Positions 54,717-63,498 of a stretch of 64,000 bases of DNA are shown piece after piece (the first letter of the stretch is position 1; each line of letters opens with the position of its first letter). The notes beneath the pieces are model-generated. The model was not told the origin of the DNA. It saw nothing but the letters and a program-made list of their open reading frames with translations, and did no database searches. The translations under genes and the position numbers were made by a program. The stretch is from an uncultured Bdellovibrionales bacterium (GTDB lineage: Bacteria; Bdellovibrionota; UBA1018; CAIPTA01), in assembly GCA_964612065.1 (NCBI GenBank), contig CAZTCD010000001.1:7013-71012 (forward strand), written 5' to 3'.

Positions 54717-55622
54717 ATGAGAAAATCTGTTCTACTAGCGCTTCTTCTGGGATCGCTTCCCTTGGTGGCACTGGCCTCTGACGCCGAAGTTTCTGAAACG
54801 GAATCTAAACCCATCCCCACGGAAGAAGTGGCTCCGCAGGAGGATCCTCCGCTGGGATGGTTCTCTTTCCTTACAAAAATTCCCGGTGACTATGTTGCCG
54901 TGGCCAATTCTCTGTTCGCCAGAGACCAGATTGGGAACTGGGCGGGGGTAGTGGGATCCACTGCGGCTCTCATTAAATATGATTACGAGCTCTGGCAGCC
55001 TTTTTCCAAAGAGCACGCAAAGAAAGGGTTTGCTTTCGATGCTACGGAGTTTGGATGGAATGTGGGTAAGGGGGGCTTTCAGTTTTTGATCGCCGGCGGC
55101 TTCCTGCTTTACGGTGGAGCATTCAAGAGCCATCGTGCTCTTAGAACTTGCAGTCAGATCCTTGAGGTAGTGATCGCCACAGGAATCACCACACAGGTGC
55201 TAAAGCATATTACCGGGCGCGAGAGCCCGAACGTGGCTACCGAGCCGCGCACCGGAAAGTGGCAATGGTTCCCGAATCCGGCCAAATATTCCAGGCGGGT
55301 ATCTGCCTATGATGCATTTCCGTCCGGTCATATTGCCACCACTCTCGCGACTACGAGAGTGATCATTGCGAATTATCCTGAGCAGAAATGGATTCCCTGG
55401 GTGGGATATCCATTGGTTGCATTTGTTGGAGTAAGCATGGTGGCTACGAACGGGCATTGGTGGAGTGATTATCCGCTAAGCATTCTGCTTGGATACCATT
55501 TCGCAAAGGCGGTGACCCGCGGAAATGCTCCTTACCGAGCCGAAGATGAACGAGCTTTACGCCTGGATCCCTATGTTCCTTTCCCTGAGAGCGCTGGCTT
55601 GATGCTAACCAAGCGCTTCTAG
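54717..55622 (+). CDS. PAP2-family phosphatase
   Basis: A signal peptide is present. The PAP2 motifs are KHITGRESP, PSGH and SMVATNGHWWSD (SRxxxxxHxxxD-type). Confidence 0.7.
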   Translation: MRKSVLLALLLGSLPLVALASDAEVSETESKPIPTEEVAPQEDPPLGWFSFLTKIPGDYVAVANSLFARDQIGNWAGVVGSTAALIKYDYELWQPFSKEHAKKGFAFDATEFGWNVGKGGFQFLIAGGFLLYGGAFKSHRALRTCSQILEVVIATGITTQVLKHITGRESPNVATEPRTGKWQWFPNPAKYSRRVSAYDAFPSGHIATTLATTRVIIANYPEQKWIPWVGYPLVAFVGVSMVATNGHWWSDYPLSILLGYHFAKAVTRGNAPYRAEDERALRLDPYVPFPESAGLMLTKRF

Positions 55623-55673
55623 GTTGGAAATCTACTTACTGAACGTTCAGATCAACCAGGCTAGGCTTTTGAA

Positions 55674-55756
55674 TGGTGCTCTCGGAGAGACTCGAACTCT
55701 CACGCTCGCGCATACGACCCTGAATCGTACGTGTCTACCAATTCCACCACGAGAGC
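55674..55756 (-). tRNA. tRNA-Leu (anticodon CAG)
   Basis: The reverse complement folds as a cloverleaf: acceptor GCTCTCG/CGAGAGC, anticodon stem TACGA/TCGTA, loop TTCAGGG, a long variable arm, T-loop TTCGAGT, and an encoded CCA. Confidence 0.8.
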
Positions 55757-55937
55757 AAAGCTTGCGAATGAAAAGGGAATTTTTCATGTTCGCGTTAGCT
55801 TGGCAAGTGGAAAGAACATTAGGACAATAGGAAGAGATACAGCCCTTTCGCTAGAGCGGGCGCACCATCAATAGATACGGTATTGACGCAATGAGTTAAT
55901 GCTGGTTTATGGGCGCTGTGCCATTCATGGAGGATTG

Positions 55938-57368
55938 ATGGGGCAGTTTTTTCTTTTGATTTTAGCGTTCGCAACCCCGTTCATTTTTCCTCGAGCCTTT
56001 GCTTCGGAGGACAAGTTCTTTTCTGATCAGCAAGCTAAAGCCGCATTTCTCCAGCTCGACTTTTTTGCGGAGGGTCGGGGCATGCATGTGTCTCCGGGTT
56101 TGATTACCTATTTTAACAGAGTAATGGCAAAGCTTCCTTCTCCGGACAATAGGCGGCTGGACCTTCGCCGGTGGTTTACTCGCCGATGGGGAATGAATTT
56201 TCAGGGAAAAGAAATTGTAGGGCTCTTTGACAAGGATCACGAAGGCTTAAGGGTGGGGGCGGTGGGATGTGTCGCTTGCCATAGCGGGCGTGCTGCCGGC
56301 CAGTTCGTCGTGGGGCTCGGAAATAAAAATATCGACGTGGTTCGGATGGCCAAAGACCTCTACCGAATGGAGAGGTGGTGGAAGCACCTTGTTCCTGCAC
56401 GCAAGAAGACGGAGGCTTATCTGGATCTCGAAGAGGACGCCTTGGCCTTTTCACATTTTTTGAGTAACGAACGCCTAGGAAATCTCACTCAAGGCCTCGT
56501 ACCGGTTTCTTTCGTATTCAGCTGGTTCTGGTCAATTCATGGTGAACCAGTACCCGAGCGGTTCAGGCGCGGTCAGGTGAAAGTGCCGATGCTTTGGGGC
56601 TATGAAGAAAAACGAAAGATCGGCCTTTTTTCTGATGGTTTCGGAGATCCGGAACAAGTGGGGTGGGGGGCTCTGGTGGAGCTGGCCGCAGGCCAACGGC
56701 CTGAAGCCGTTCGCAGATATTATCCAAAGATCGTAGAAGCGGAAAAGCTCTTCAATTTCTTTTTGCCCCCGAAGTATCCCTTCGAAATCAATCGGCAGCT
56801 CGCAGAAAGAGGGAAGGCTGTTTTTTCAAAAACATGTGCCGGGTGCCACGGTTCATACGAGAGAAACGTAGATGGTTATCCGATTTTTCAAGCTCCAAAA
56901 TGGATTCCGTGGTCCGTAGTGAGAACTGACGGTGATCGCACTTTTGCCGCAAATGATGACCTTAAACGAAAGATCGGGGAAAGCCCGCTTCGGGATTTGA
57001 TAAGGCACCTGGACCTTGGGCATGGCTATTTCGCCCCCCGCTTAGAGGGGATTTGGTCCCGCTTTCCCTACCTGCATAACGGGTCAGTTCCCAGTATCGA
57101 GGCATTGCTGACTGGGCCGAAAAATCGACCGGAAGTTTTTTCCCTGAAAGATGTGGGTGAACTATACCGTTTCGACAAAATTAGTTTGGGAATAAAGGTG
57201 CCTGAAAGACGGGCGGGGATGAAGGCCTTGAAAGCAAGGGCTCGGAAGGGAAACCGATCGATTTACGATGTGAGCAGAGCGGGTCACTCCAACCAAGGCC
57301 ATGATTTTTTCACGGACCTTGGTTCGGGCGAAAAAAAAGCAATTATCGAGTACTTAAAAACTCTTTGA
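55938..57368 (+). CDS. secreted di-haem c-type cytochrome family protein
   Basis: There are two CxxCH haem-binding motifs, CVACHSG and CAGCHGS. The signal peptide is FFLLILAFATPFIFPRAFA. The start is set at MGQFF after a GGAGGA Shine-Dalgarno; the track ORF begins at 55899. Confidence 0.55.
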   Translation: MGQFFLLILAFATPFIFPRAFASEDKFFSDQQAKAAFLQLDFFAEGRGMHVSPGLITYFNRVMAKLPSPDNRRLDLRRWFTRRWGMNFQGKEIVGLFDKDHEGLRVGAVGCVACHSGRAAGQFVVGLGNKNIDVVRMAKDLYRMERWWKHLVPARKKTEAYLDLEEDALAFSHFLSNERLGNLTQGLVPVSFVFSWFWSIHGEPVPERFRRGQVKVPMLWGYEEKRKIGLFSDGFGDPEQVGWGALVELAAGQRPEAVRRYYPKIVEAEKLFNFFLPPKYPFEINRQLAERGKAVFSKTCAGCHGSYERNVDGYPIFQAPKWIPWSVVRTDGDRTFAANDDLKRKIGESPLRDLIRHLDLGHGYFAPRLEGIWSRFPYLHNGSVPSIEALLTGPKNRPEVFSLKDVGELYRFDKISLGIKVPERRAGMKALKARARKGNRSIYDVSRAGHSNQGHDFFTDLGSGEKKAIIEYLKTL

Positions 57369-57374
57369 AGAGCT

Positions 57375-57800
57375 TTAGTGGCTGCAAGTCAATCGACCGT
57401 ACTGCACTTCCACTTCGGCAGGCACGTTCCCGTCTTGGTTGGGGCTTCGAATCGAGGCATAGTGAACACCCGCAATTCCCCCCGAAAACAGTCTTACAAT
57501 CAAGGGCGATTCCTGTGCATTTTCACTCCTGCATACAAGGTAGTTGTTCAAAGCGTCGGGATGCCTGCGCATTGGAAGAAGTTCGCAAGCTAGATCGCGA
57601 ATATTTCGGGGGCCGGCAAATGTCTGGTCCGCCAGTACGGCAGAACGAAGGTCCGGGGCTATGGTCAGAATAAAGCCTCCGTCGGCGATACCGACTGAAT
57701 GGCAGTAAGTGGGATCGCGTTCTGCGGCCTCGGTGTGAACAGGATCGATCAGGGGATCTATGCCCAGAATCAGGGCGGCAAGTAGGACAGTCTTTTTCAT
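57375..57800 (-). CDS. hypothetical secreted protein
   Basis: The signal peptide is MKKTVLLAALILG. It is about 141 aa if started at MKKTV. Confidence 0.45.
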   Translation of the reverse strand: MKKTVLLAALILGIDPLIDPVHTEAAERDPTYCHSVGIADGGFILTIAPDLRSAVLADQTFAGPRNIRDLACELLPMRRHPDALNNYLVCRSENAQESPLIVRLFSGGIAGVHYASIRSPNQDGNVPAEVEVQYGRLTCSH

Positions 57801-57988
57801 ATTTTCTCCAAAAAAGGGTTCCCCGGGGTTGGGGGAGAGGAATTTTATTGGTGAGCTCAAAGCAATGGGTGTGCCAGGTTACAGGATGCCTTCAAGTGCT
57901 TGATTCATGGTTACGGGATGGTTCGTGGGATCCAAATTGGAACCGTTCTTTTTGGATCGTGGATCGACTGAAACCCAGTTTGGAATGC

Positions 57989-59104
57989 CTAAGGCTGGGG
58001 ACCGATCATGCAAGAGAGGGCTTCCACGTGGCTGGTCTGTGGGAAAAAATCCAGTGCTCCCAGGCCTTTCAGCTTCCATTTTTTGCGCAGAAAGCGAGCC
58101 GTGGCTCTGGCCCATTGGTCAGAATCGCAGCCAATTAGAAGGGTTTCCTGAACCCGAAGTTCCTGGAGTATATTAACGATCGGCACCAGTTCATTGCCCA
58201 GGCCTTCGCGTGGGGGATCCAGAATGATCCGTATTTCCTCGGAGCTTGATTTTAATGAAGAAGCATTTTTTTCCAGCCACTCTTTTACTCCGGATTGATG
58301 GAAGCGGTGGTGTGGCGGCGCGCCATGTGGAGGTTTGAGGGAGGCCCCGAAGTCAACGGTGTGAACTTCCGAAAATCTTTTCGATATCGGAAGGCTCAGG
58401 TTTCCACTCCCACCGTAAAGATCCAATAAGATCCCGCCGCTACCTGCATGATCTGCTACCCAGTTCTGTAATTTTACGTTCTGTTCGTCGTGCACTTGCC
58501 GAAAGCCATGAGCAGAATGCCCTTTGTTCCAGGCCTCGGTTACCGTACCATCCGGGAAAACCTCGAGCTCGAGCTTATATTCTCTTTCTCTGTTTTGACC
58601 CGATTCCCGGGCTTCAGCTAGGCGGGCATTCAATTCAGGGCGAGCGATTTCACAACGGTCAATCGGAACAATCAGATTGCTTCCTTTCCCGTAGAATCCG
58701 ATTTTGTCCCGAAAACCCCGAATCTGAATCCGGTTTCTGTACTCCCAGACCCGATCCGCAGGAAAGTCTTTCCAGGGTATAGAGGCACTGTTCACTCCCA
58801 CCCTGGTGAGAGAGTGCCGAACCCCGTCTCTTTTGGTGCTCCACTGCAAGGAGTAGGGGATATGTTGCCATTGACATCCACCGCAGGCTCCAAATGCCGG
58901 GCAAGGAGCTACGACCCTTTGGGGAGACGCTGAAAGTATTTCAAGCAGCCTGCCCTCGGCATAGCGTTTTTCTTCAGATACGATTTCCACTCTAACCTTG
59001 TCGCCGGGAGCGGTGAGGGGAACGAAAATCACGCGCCCTGACGCATCCCTGCCGAGACCAGGACCGGATCGGGAAAGTGCGGTGATTTCTATGATAATCT
59101 CCAT
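57989..59104 (-). CDS. TRAM-domain RNA (uracil-5)-methyltransferase (RumA/RlmD-like)
   Basis: The N-terminal TRAM domain is present. The Fe-S cluster Cys motif is CPAFGACGGCQWQH. The SAM-binding motif is LLDLYGGSGN. The DPPREG motif is present. Confidence 0.7.
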   Translation of the reverse strand: MEIIIEITALSRSGPGLGRDASGRVIFVPLTAPGDKVRVEIVSEEKRYAEGRLLEILSASPQRVVAPCPAFGACGGCQWQHIPYSLQWSTKRDGVRHSLTRVGVNSASIPWKDFPADRVWEYRNRIQIRGFRDKIGFYGKGSNLIVPIDRCEIARPELNARLAEARESGQNREREYKLELEVFPDGTVTEAWNKGHSAHGFRQVHDEQNVKLQNWVADHAGSGGILLDLYGGSGNLSLPISKRFSEVHTVDFGASLKPPHGAPPHHRFHQSGVKEWLEKNASSLKSSSEEIRIILDPPREGLGNELVPIVNILQELRVQETLLIGCDSDQWARATARFLRKKWKLKGLGALDFFPQTSHVEALSCMIGPQP

Positions 59105-59243
59105 GCGTTCTTATCAATGGTGGGGCGCATATTTGCAAAGTAAAAACAGGCAGCTACAACCTGGGTTGGGAATTGTATCAGCCACTCTTTTCTTTTGGCG
59201 TTTCGTGACCATTTTGGAATGTATCAAGCCTTCAGGAGTATTA

Positions 59244-59831
59244 ATGAAAACGACTTTTCGCCTTCTATTTACTGCAATCTTGCTTAGCGGTCTTTCAGGA
59301 TGTGGCTATAACAGCCTTCAGGGTATGGATGAGGACGTAAAGGCGTCGTGGAGCGAAGTTCAGAACCAATATCAGCGGCGAGCAGATCTGATTCCAAACC
59401 TCGTGAATACCGTAAAGGCTTACGCAAAGCATGAGCAGGAAACGTTAACCCAGGTTACCCAGGCCAGAGCTCAAGCGACTCAAACTACCATCGATGCTTC
59501 AAAGCTTTCCGACAAAGAGGCTTTTCACAAATTTGAACAGGCCCAGGGCCAGCTTAGTTCTGCTTTGAGTCGCCTTCTGGTTACTGTGGAAAAGTATCCA
59601 GACCTCAAAGCCAGTGAAAATTTTCGAGACCTTCAGAGCCAGTTGGAAGGAACAGAGAATCGAATTACCGTAGCGAGAAAAAGGTATATCGATCAAGTGG
59701 CGGAATATAACAAAGGGATCCGGTTTTTTCCCACTAACCTGACAGCGAAGTTTTTACTCGGCCTTCAGGCCAGGGAAACATTCACTGCCACCGCGCCTGG
59801 AGCGGATAAGGCCCCCGAGGTGAAATTCTAG
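59244..59831 (+). CDS. lemA: LemA family protein
   Basis: MKTTFRLLFTAILLSGLSGCGYNSLQGMDEDVKASWSEVQNQYQRRADLIPNLV is the LemA N-terminus. An AGGAG Shine-Dalgarno sits 6 nt upstream. The track ORF's upstream extension overlaps the rumA-like gene and is rejected. Confidence 0.8.
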   Translation: MKTTFRLLFTAILLSGLSGCGYNSLQGMDEDVKASWSEVQNQYQRRADLIPNLVNTVKAYAKHEQETLTQVTQARAQATQTTIDASKLSDKEAFHKFEQAQGQLSSALSRLLVTVEKYPDLKASENFRDLQSQLEGTENRITVARKRYIDQVAEYNKGIRFFPTNLTAKFLLGLQARETFTATAPGADKAPEVKF

Positions 59832-60571
59832 TGGGATTGGCCCTCGCTAGAATGGCGTTGCCGCTGATTTTCCTCTTAGCACCGCTCCAGTTGGTATGGG
59901 CTTGGGGCAATGATCTGAAGCTTCCATCTCCCGCTCCGGTTGTGGATCAGTTCGGGTTGTTGGGAGGTGATCAGCAATCTCAGTTAGAGCAGATCCTTCG
60001 AGCCGCGAAGAGCCGAAGCGGAGTGGAGATTTCGGTATTTATACCGGCATCGCTCCAAGGGCGTGAGATCGAGGACTTTTCTATTTCAGTGGCGGAGCAG
60101 TGGAAGCTCGGGAGGAAAAAAGAGGATAGAGCGCTGCTTTTGGTGATCGCTCCCAAAGAGAGAAAAATGCGGCTGGAGGTCGGTTATGGTCTGGAAGGAG
60201 AAGTTACAGATGTAGTTAGCCGGCGGTTATTGGACGACGTGATGCGCCCACATTTTCGTGCGGGTCAGTACTTACAGGGCATAATGGCCACCCTTGTGGG
60301 AATTCAGCAGCGGGTGAATCTCGGACTCGGCGAACCCGAGATTCGTGAGTTCAGTGATTCCCGGGTGAGGCGTGGTGGGAGTTTGTCGTTTCTTCAGGCC
60401 GTATTCTTTTTACTTATCGTGATACTTTTCGTTGTTTTCAGCGTAGTGGGGCGCGCTTTCGGTGGTGGCCGGCATCGCTATCACGGAGGATGGTCTGGCG
60501 GGAGTGGCGGTTCGTCTTGGGGCGGCGGTGGCGGAGGTTTTGGGGGCGGCGGCGCGTCTTCCAGTTGGTGA
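59831..60571 (+). CDS. TPM-domain protein (YgcG-like) with a Gly-rich tail
   Basis: The GTG start overlaps the lemA stop (TAGTG). A signal peptide is present. The TPM fold region is VVDQFGLL...LLVIAPKERKMRLEVGYGLEG. There is a C-terminal TM helix and a GGGGFGGGG tail. Confidence 0.7.
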   Translation: MGLALARMALPLIFLLAPLQLVWAWGNDLKLPSPAPVVDQFGLLGGDQQSQLEQILRAAKSRSGVEISVFIPASLQGREIEDFSISVAEQWKLGRKKEDRALLLVIAPKERKMRLEVGYGLEGEVTDVVSRRLLDDVMRPHFRAGQYLQGIMATLVGIQQRVNLGLGEPEIREFSDSRVRRGGSLSFLQAVFFLLIVILFVVFSVVGRAFGGGRHRYHGGWSGGSGGSSWGGGGGGFGGGGASSSW

Positions 60572-60583
60572 CAAAGGTACAAT

Positions 60584-61222
60584 ATGACATCAGATAAATT
60601 TTTCGATGAAAAGGGATCCAAGGCGATTGAAGAGGCGGTACGGGAAGCGGAGTCTTTGACGTCCGGTGAGATCGTTCCAGTCGTGGTGGATTCCAGCTCC
60701 GACTACCATTGGCTTGCTTACAGAGCGGCTTTATTGGGGTGGATTTCTGCCAGTGTAGTGGCAATTGCTTTTCATTATAAGTATCCATTCGCCTTTGATT
60801 TTTGGGGCCTTTTTTTAATCCAAATGATGGGAGTATTGTCAGGTTGGATCTTCAGTATTTCTCCGTGGGGGTTCCGGCTACTGGTTGCACCCTCTGTTAT
60901 CGACGAAGAGGTCTTGGAAACCGCCCGTTCTTCGTTCATTCAGAATGGGCTTATGAATACCCGTGATCGAACGGGAGTACTGATTTTTGTATCGGTCAAA
61001 GAGCATCGAGTGCTGGTTTTAGGCGACAAAGGGATTCATGAAAAAGTAGGAGACGGGTTTTGGAAAATGGAAGCTGACTTAATTGTGGACTCTATCAGAA
61101 GTGGGCGTCCTGAAGAGGGGATTGTGAAGGCGATCCAGGAGGTCGGCCAAAAGTTGGCAATACATTTTCCAAAGCGCTCGGACGATACCAACGAGCTCGC
61201 TGATTCTTTACGCCGCTCCTAA
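60584..61222 (+). CDS. TPM-domain membrane protein
   Basis: The TPM-like N-terminus is AIEEAVREAESLTSGEIVPVV. TM helices and a C-terminal TPM core follow. It is the third gene of the lemA cluster. Confidence 0.6.
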   Translation: MTSDKFFDEKGSKAIEEAVREAESLTSGEIVPVVVDSSSDYHWLAYRAALLGWISASVVAIAFHYKYPFAFDFWGLFLIQMMGVLSGWIFSISPWGFRLLVAPSVIDEEVLETARSSFIQNGLMNTRDRTGVLIFVSVKEHRVLVLGDKGIHEKVGDGFWKMEADLIVDSIRSGRPEEGIVKAIQEVGQKLAIHFPKRSDDTNELADSLRRS

Positions 61223-62337
61223 CTTTTTTGTGCAGGCTGTTTTTTTAGCAAAGAGAATGTAACAGTGAGAATCACAGGCCCAAGGATCAGGCCTTTCAAG
61301 CCGAAAATCATGATAGCTCCTATAATTGTGGCCAGACTCAGTATCGGGTGGCCTTCGTTGTTCTTGTTCGAGATCAGATAAGGACGAAGTATATTATCGA
61401 TACTTCCAGCCACAAGGCCCGTGGCCAATAGGGCAATACCTGCGGCCGAATTGCCCGTGAGAAAGCTGACGGCAGACAAGAAGAAACCGACAGGGCCAGC
61501 CCCTATGATCGGGATGAACGACAGGAAAAACGTAATCGTAAAGATTACGGCGAATTCTCTATACCCTGAGAGCCTTGCGCCTACCGCAACAACGGTGGCC
61601 TGAACCACACCTATCGCTATGCTAATAACAATCGCATCTCGACAGGATTTTTGGAACGTGCTGACCAAGGCCTGAAGATCTGCCTGCGGCAAAATTCCAA
61701 TTCTAGTAAAACCAGCGCCTATTTCGACGCCCTTTGATAAGAAGAGGTACAAGAACAGTGAAAAGAGAAACAGACTCACTACGAGATCCGGGATCCCTAA
61801 GAGTGCGGTGGTAAACCATTCAATCCCGGTCTTGCCCAGTTTCGCGAGATTCTGGCGGATTGACTGCCGGGCATCTGCCGTGGATTGGTAGTACCTGAAC
61901 TTCTGGCCATATGTGGCCACTCCCTCTTCGATCCGTTGATATGCATTTGCGATTCTTTCGGTGGTCGCTGCAGAAAATATTCCGTCGGACCCGGTGCGGC
62001 CTTTTTCGGCCGCCACTTGGTAAAGACGCAAGCCTAGATATGTTGCCGGGAGAAGGAGTGCAAGCAGCAATACGACAACAGCCATTACCACCGAAAGCGT
62101 TCTTCCTAGACGGAGATTTGACCGTATTGTTGTTAACGGCTTTTTCAGGCCAAAGGCAAATATGGCTGCCACCGCAATTGTTCCCCAGAATGGGTAAAGG
62201 CAGAATGCGAGCAGGGCAAGGCCGAGGCCTAGCACCGTTTCACGATTTAATTTCGGATAAGGCCATGTGCGGCGATCGGCTTTTGACCTGTGCATGACCT
62301 CCGTGTTTATTGGCAGTTTTCTAATTTCCATTTCCAA
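61219..62337 (-). CDS. AI-2E family (PerM/YhhT-like) membrane transporter
   Basis: The 372-aa ORF has about 8 TM helices in a typical AI-2E arrangement. It converges on the TPM gene with a 4-nt overlap. Confidence 0.5.
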   Translation of the reverse strand: MEMEIRKLPINTEVMHRSKADRRTWPYPKLNRETVLGLGLALLAFCLYPFWGTIAVAAIFAFGLKKPLTTIRSNLRLGRTLSVVMAVVVLLLALLLPATYLGLRLYQVAAEKGRTGSDGIFSAATTERIANAYQRIEEGVATYGQKFRYYQSTADARQSIRQNLAKLGKTGIEWFTTALLGIPDLVVSLFLFSLFLYLFLSKGVEIGAGFTRIGILPQADLQALVSTFQKSCRDAIVISIAIGVVQATVVAVGARLSGYREFAVIFTITFFLSFIPIIGAGPVGFFLSAVSFLTGNSAAGIALLATGLVAGSIDNILRPYLISNKNNEGHPILSLATIIGAIMIFGLKGLILGPVILTVTFSLLKKQPAQKS

Positions 62338-62541
62338 AAAATCCTATGCGCGTTGTCGTATTATACACAAGTTCCATTTATACCCTTGATGGCAGGGCGT
62401 TTTGCCCCGGATGAATTTTCGTCTCTTTATTATTGATCGCTTATTTGCGGCATCTGGATTGCAGTTACCGGAAGGGCAGCAGGGGTATGAACTCGGGTAT
62501 CGCGGAAAAGAAATCGACCTCGGCCCAATCGGAGGATTCTT

Positions 62542-62724
62542 ATGTTGAGAGCAGCTTTGGGCTTCTTTATCCTGGCACTTGTAGCAGCGGTTTTTGGCGC
62601 TAGTGGAATTGCGGGAATCTCAATGGAAATTGGAAGAATGCTTCTAGTGGTGTTCTTGATCTTGGCGGTGATTAGTTTTGTAATCGGTATCGTTTCAGGG
62701 CGCGGCCCAAATGTGAGGCCTTGA
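62542..62724 (+). CDS. DUF1328 family small membrane protein
   Basis: The 60-aa sequence is MLRAALGFFILALVAAVFGASGIAGISMEIGRMLLVVFLILAVISFVIG, with two TM helices. This is the typical YtjA-like sequence pattern. Confidence 0.6.
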   Translation: MLRAALGFFILALVAAVFGASGIAGISMEIGRMLLVVFLILAVISFVIGIVSGRGPNVRP

Positions 62725-62769
62725 CGAGCGATAAATACGTCTTGGGGTGGGGCTAGAAGAGCGAAAATT

Positions 62770-63171
62770 CTAGCGGTGCATTTTTATGTTCTGGTAAGTC
62801 TGCTGAAGTTTTTGCTTGAAAACCTCGGCTACGAATGGCTTCACAATATAATTCGTTACGCCTAGGCTGATCGCCTCTTTTACCTGCCCAATATCCGCTT
62901 CGGCTGTAAGCAATACGAAGGGGAGCTTGTTAAAGCGATTGTCCGCTCGCATTTTCTTCAATAGCTCGAGCCCATTCATTTCAGGCATATTCAGGTCAGA
63001 AATGACTAGTCCGATCGATGCTTGAGGCTTGTCCAACGAAGTCCAAGCTGCTTGGCCATTTTCGGCTTCTATAACATCATAGTAGCCCATTTCCACTAGG
63101 CTGCTTGTCACCAGCATTCGAATCGTAGCCATATCGTCGGCCACAAGAATCTTGGTTGAAAATGGAAACAT
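62770..63171 (-). CDS. single-domain response regulator (CheY-like receiver)
   Basis: The phosphoacceptor context is ILVADDMATIRML...LVISDLNMPEMNGLELL...VLLTAEAD...KPF. A GAGGG Shine-Dalgarno sits 5 nt upstream. Confidence 0.8.
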   Translation of the reverse strand: MFPFSTKILVADDMATIRMLVTSSLVEMGYYDVIEAENGQAAWTSLDKPQASIGLVISDLNMPEMNGLELLKKMRADNRFNKLPFVLLTAEADIGQVKEAISLGVTNYIVKPFVAEVFKQKLQQTYQNIKMHR

Positions 63172-63197
63172 GACACCCTCGATGTTCTTCTGAGTTG

Positions 63198-63226
63198 ATC
63201 TTAAACAAAGGAACGTATCTCGACAA
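63198..63226 (-). promoter_or_regulatory. candidate sigma70 promoter for the cheY-like gene
   Basis: On the minus strand, TTGTCG (63226-63221) is followed by a 17-nt spacer and TAAGAT (63203-63198). An A8 tract upstream at 63262-63269 could act as an UP element. It is read by eye. Confidence 0.35.
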
Positions 63227-63343
63227 GCGTGCTGCTTTATCCGCAGAAATCGATTTCACAGGTGGCGGTATTTTTTTTCGATACTCAAATAGTCGACGGA
63301 GCAGGGATAGCCTGGGGGGCGGTTTACAGATTAATGTGTTTAA

Positions 63344-63430
63344 TGGTGGCCCCTCCGAGAATCGAACTCGGACACCCGTGAAGGTACAGGTTTTTGAAAC
63401 CTGCGCGTCTACCAGTTCCGCCAAAGGGCC
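63344..63430 (-). tRNA. tRNA-Leu (anticodon CAA)
   Basis: The reverse complement folds as a cloverleaf: acceptor GGCCCTT/AGGGGCC, anticodon stem CAGGT/ACCTG, loop TTCAAAA, a long variable arm, T-loop TTCGATT, and an encoded CCA. Confidence 0.8.
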
Positions 63431-63498
63431 GTGAGAAGCCCACTTTCTAGCACTTAAGTCAGGAAGGCTCCATTTTTTTGATGAACTAATGCTTTGCG

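Noticed and set aside
58998-59243. Upstream extension of the lemA ORF (track start 58998)
   Set aside because: The extension overlaps the RumA-like gene on the opposite strand and has no LemA similarity. The ATG at 59244 with an AGGAG Shine-Dalgarno gives the canonical LemA N-terminus MKTTFRLLF.
63077-63424. 115-aa minus-strand ORF
   Set aside because: It overlaps the tRNA-Leu(CAA) gene and the cheY-like gene start, and its composition is not protein-like. It is a spurious ORF.
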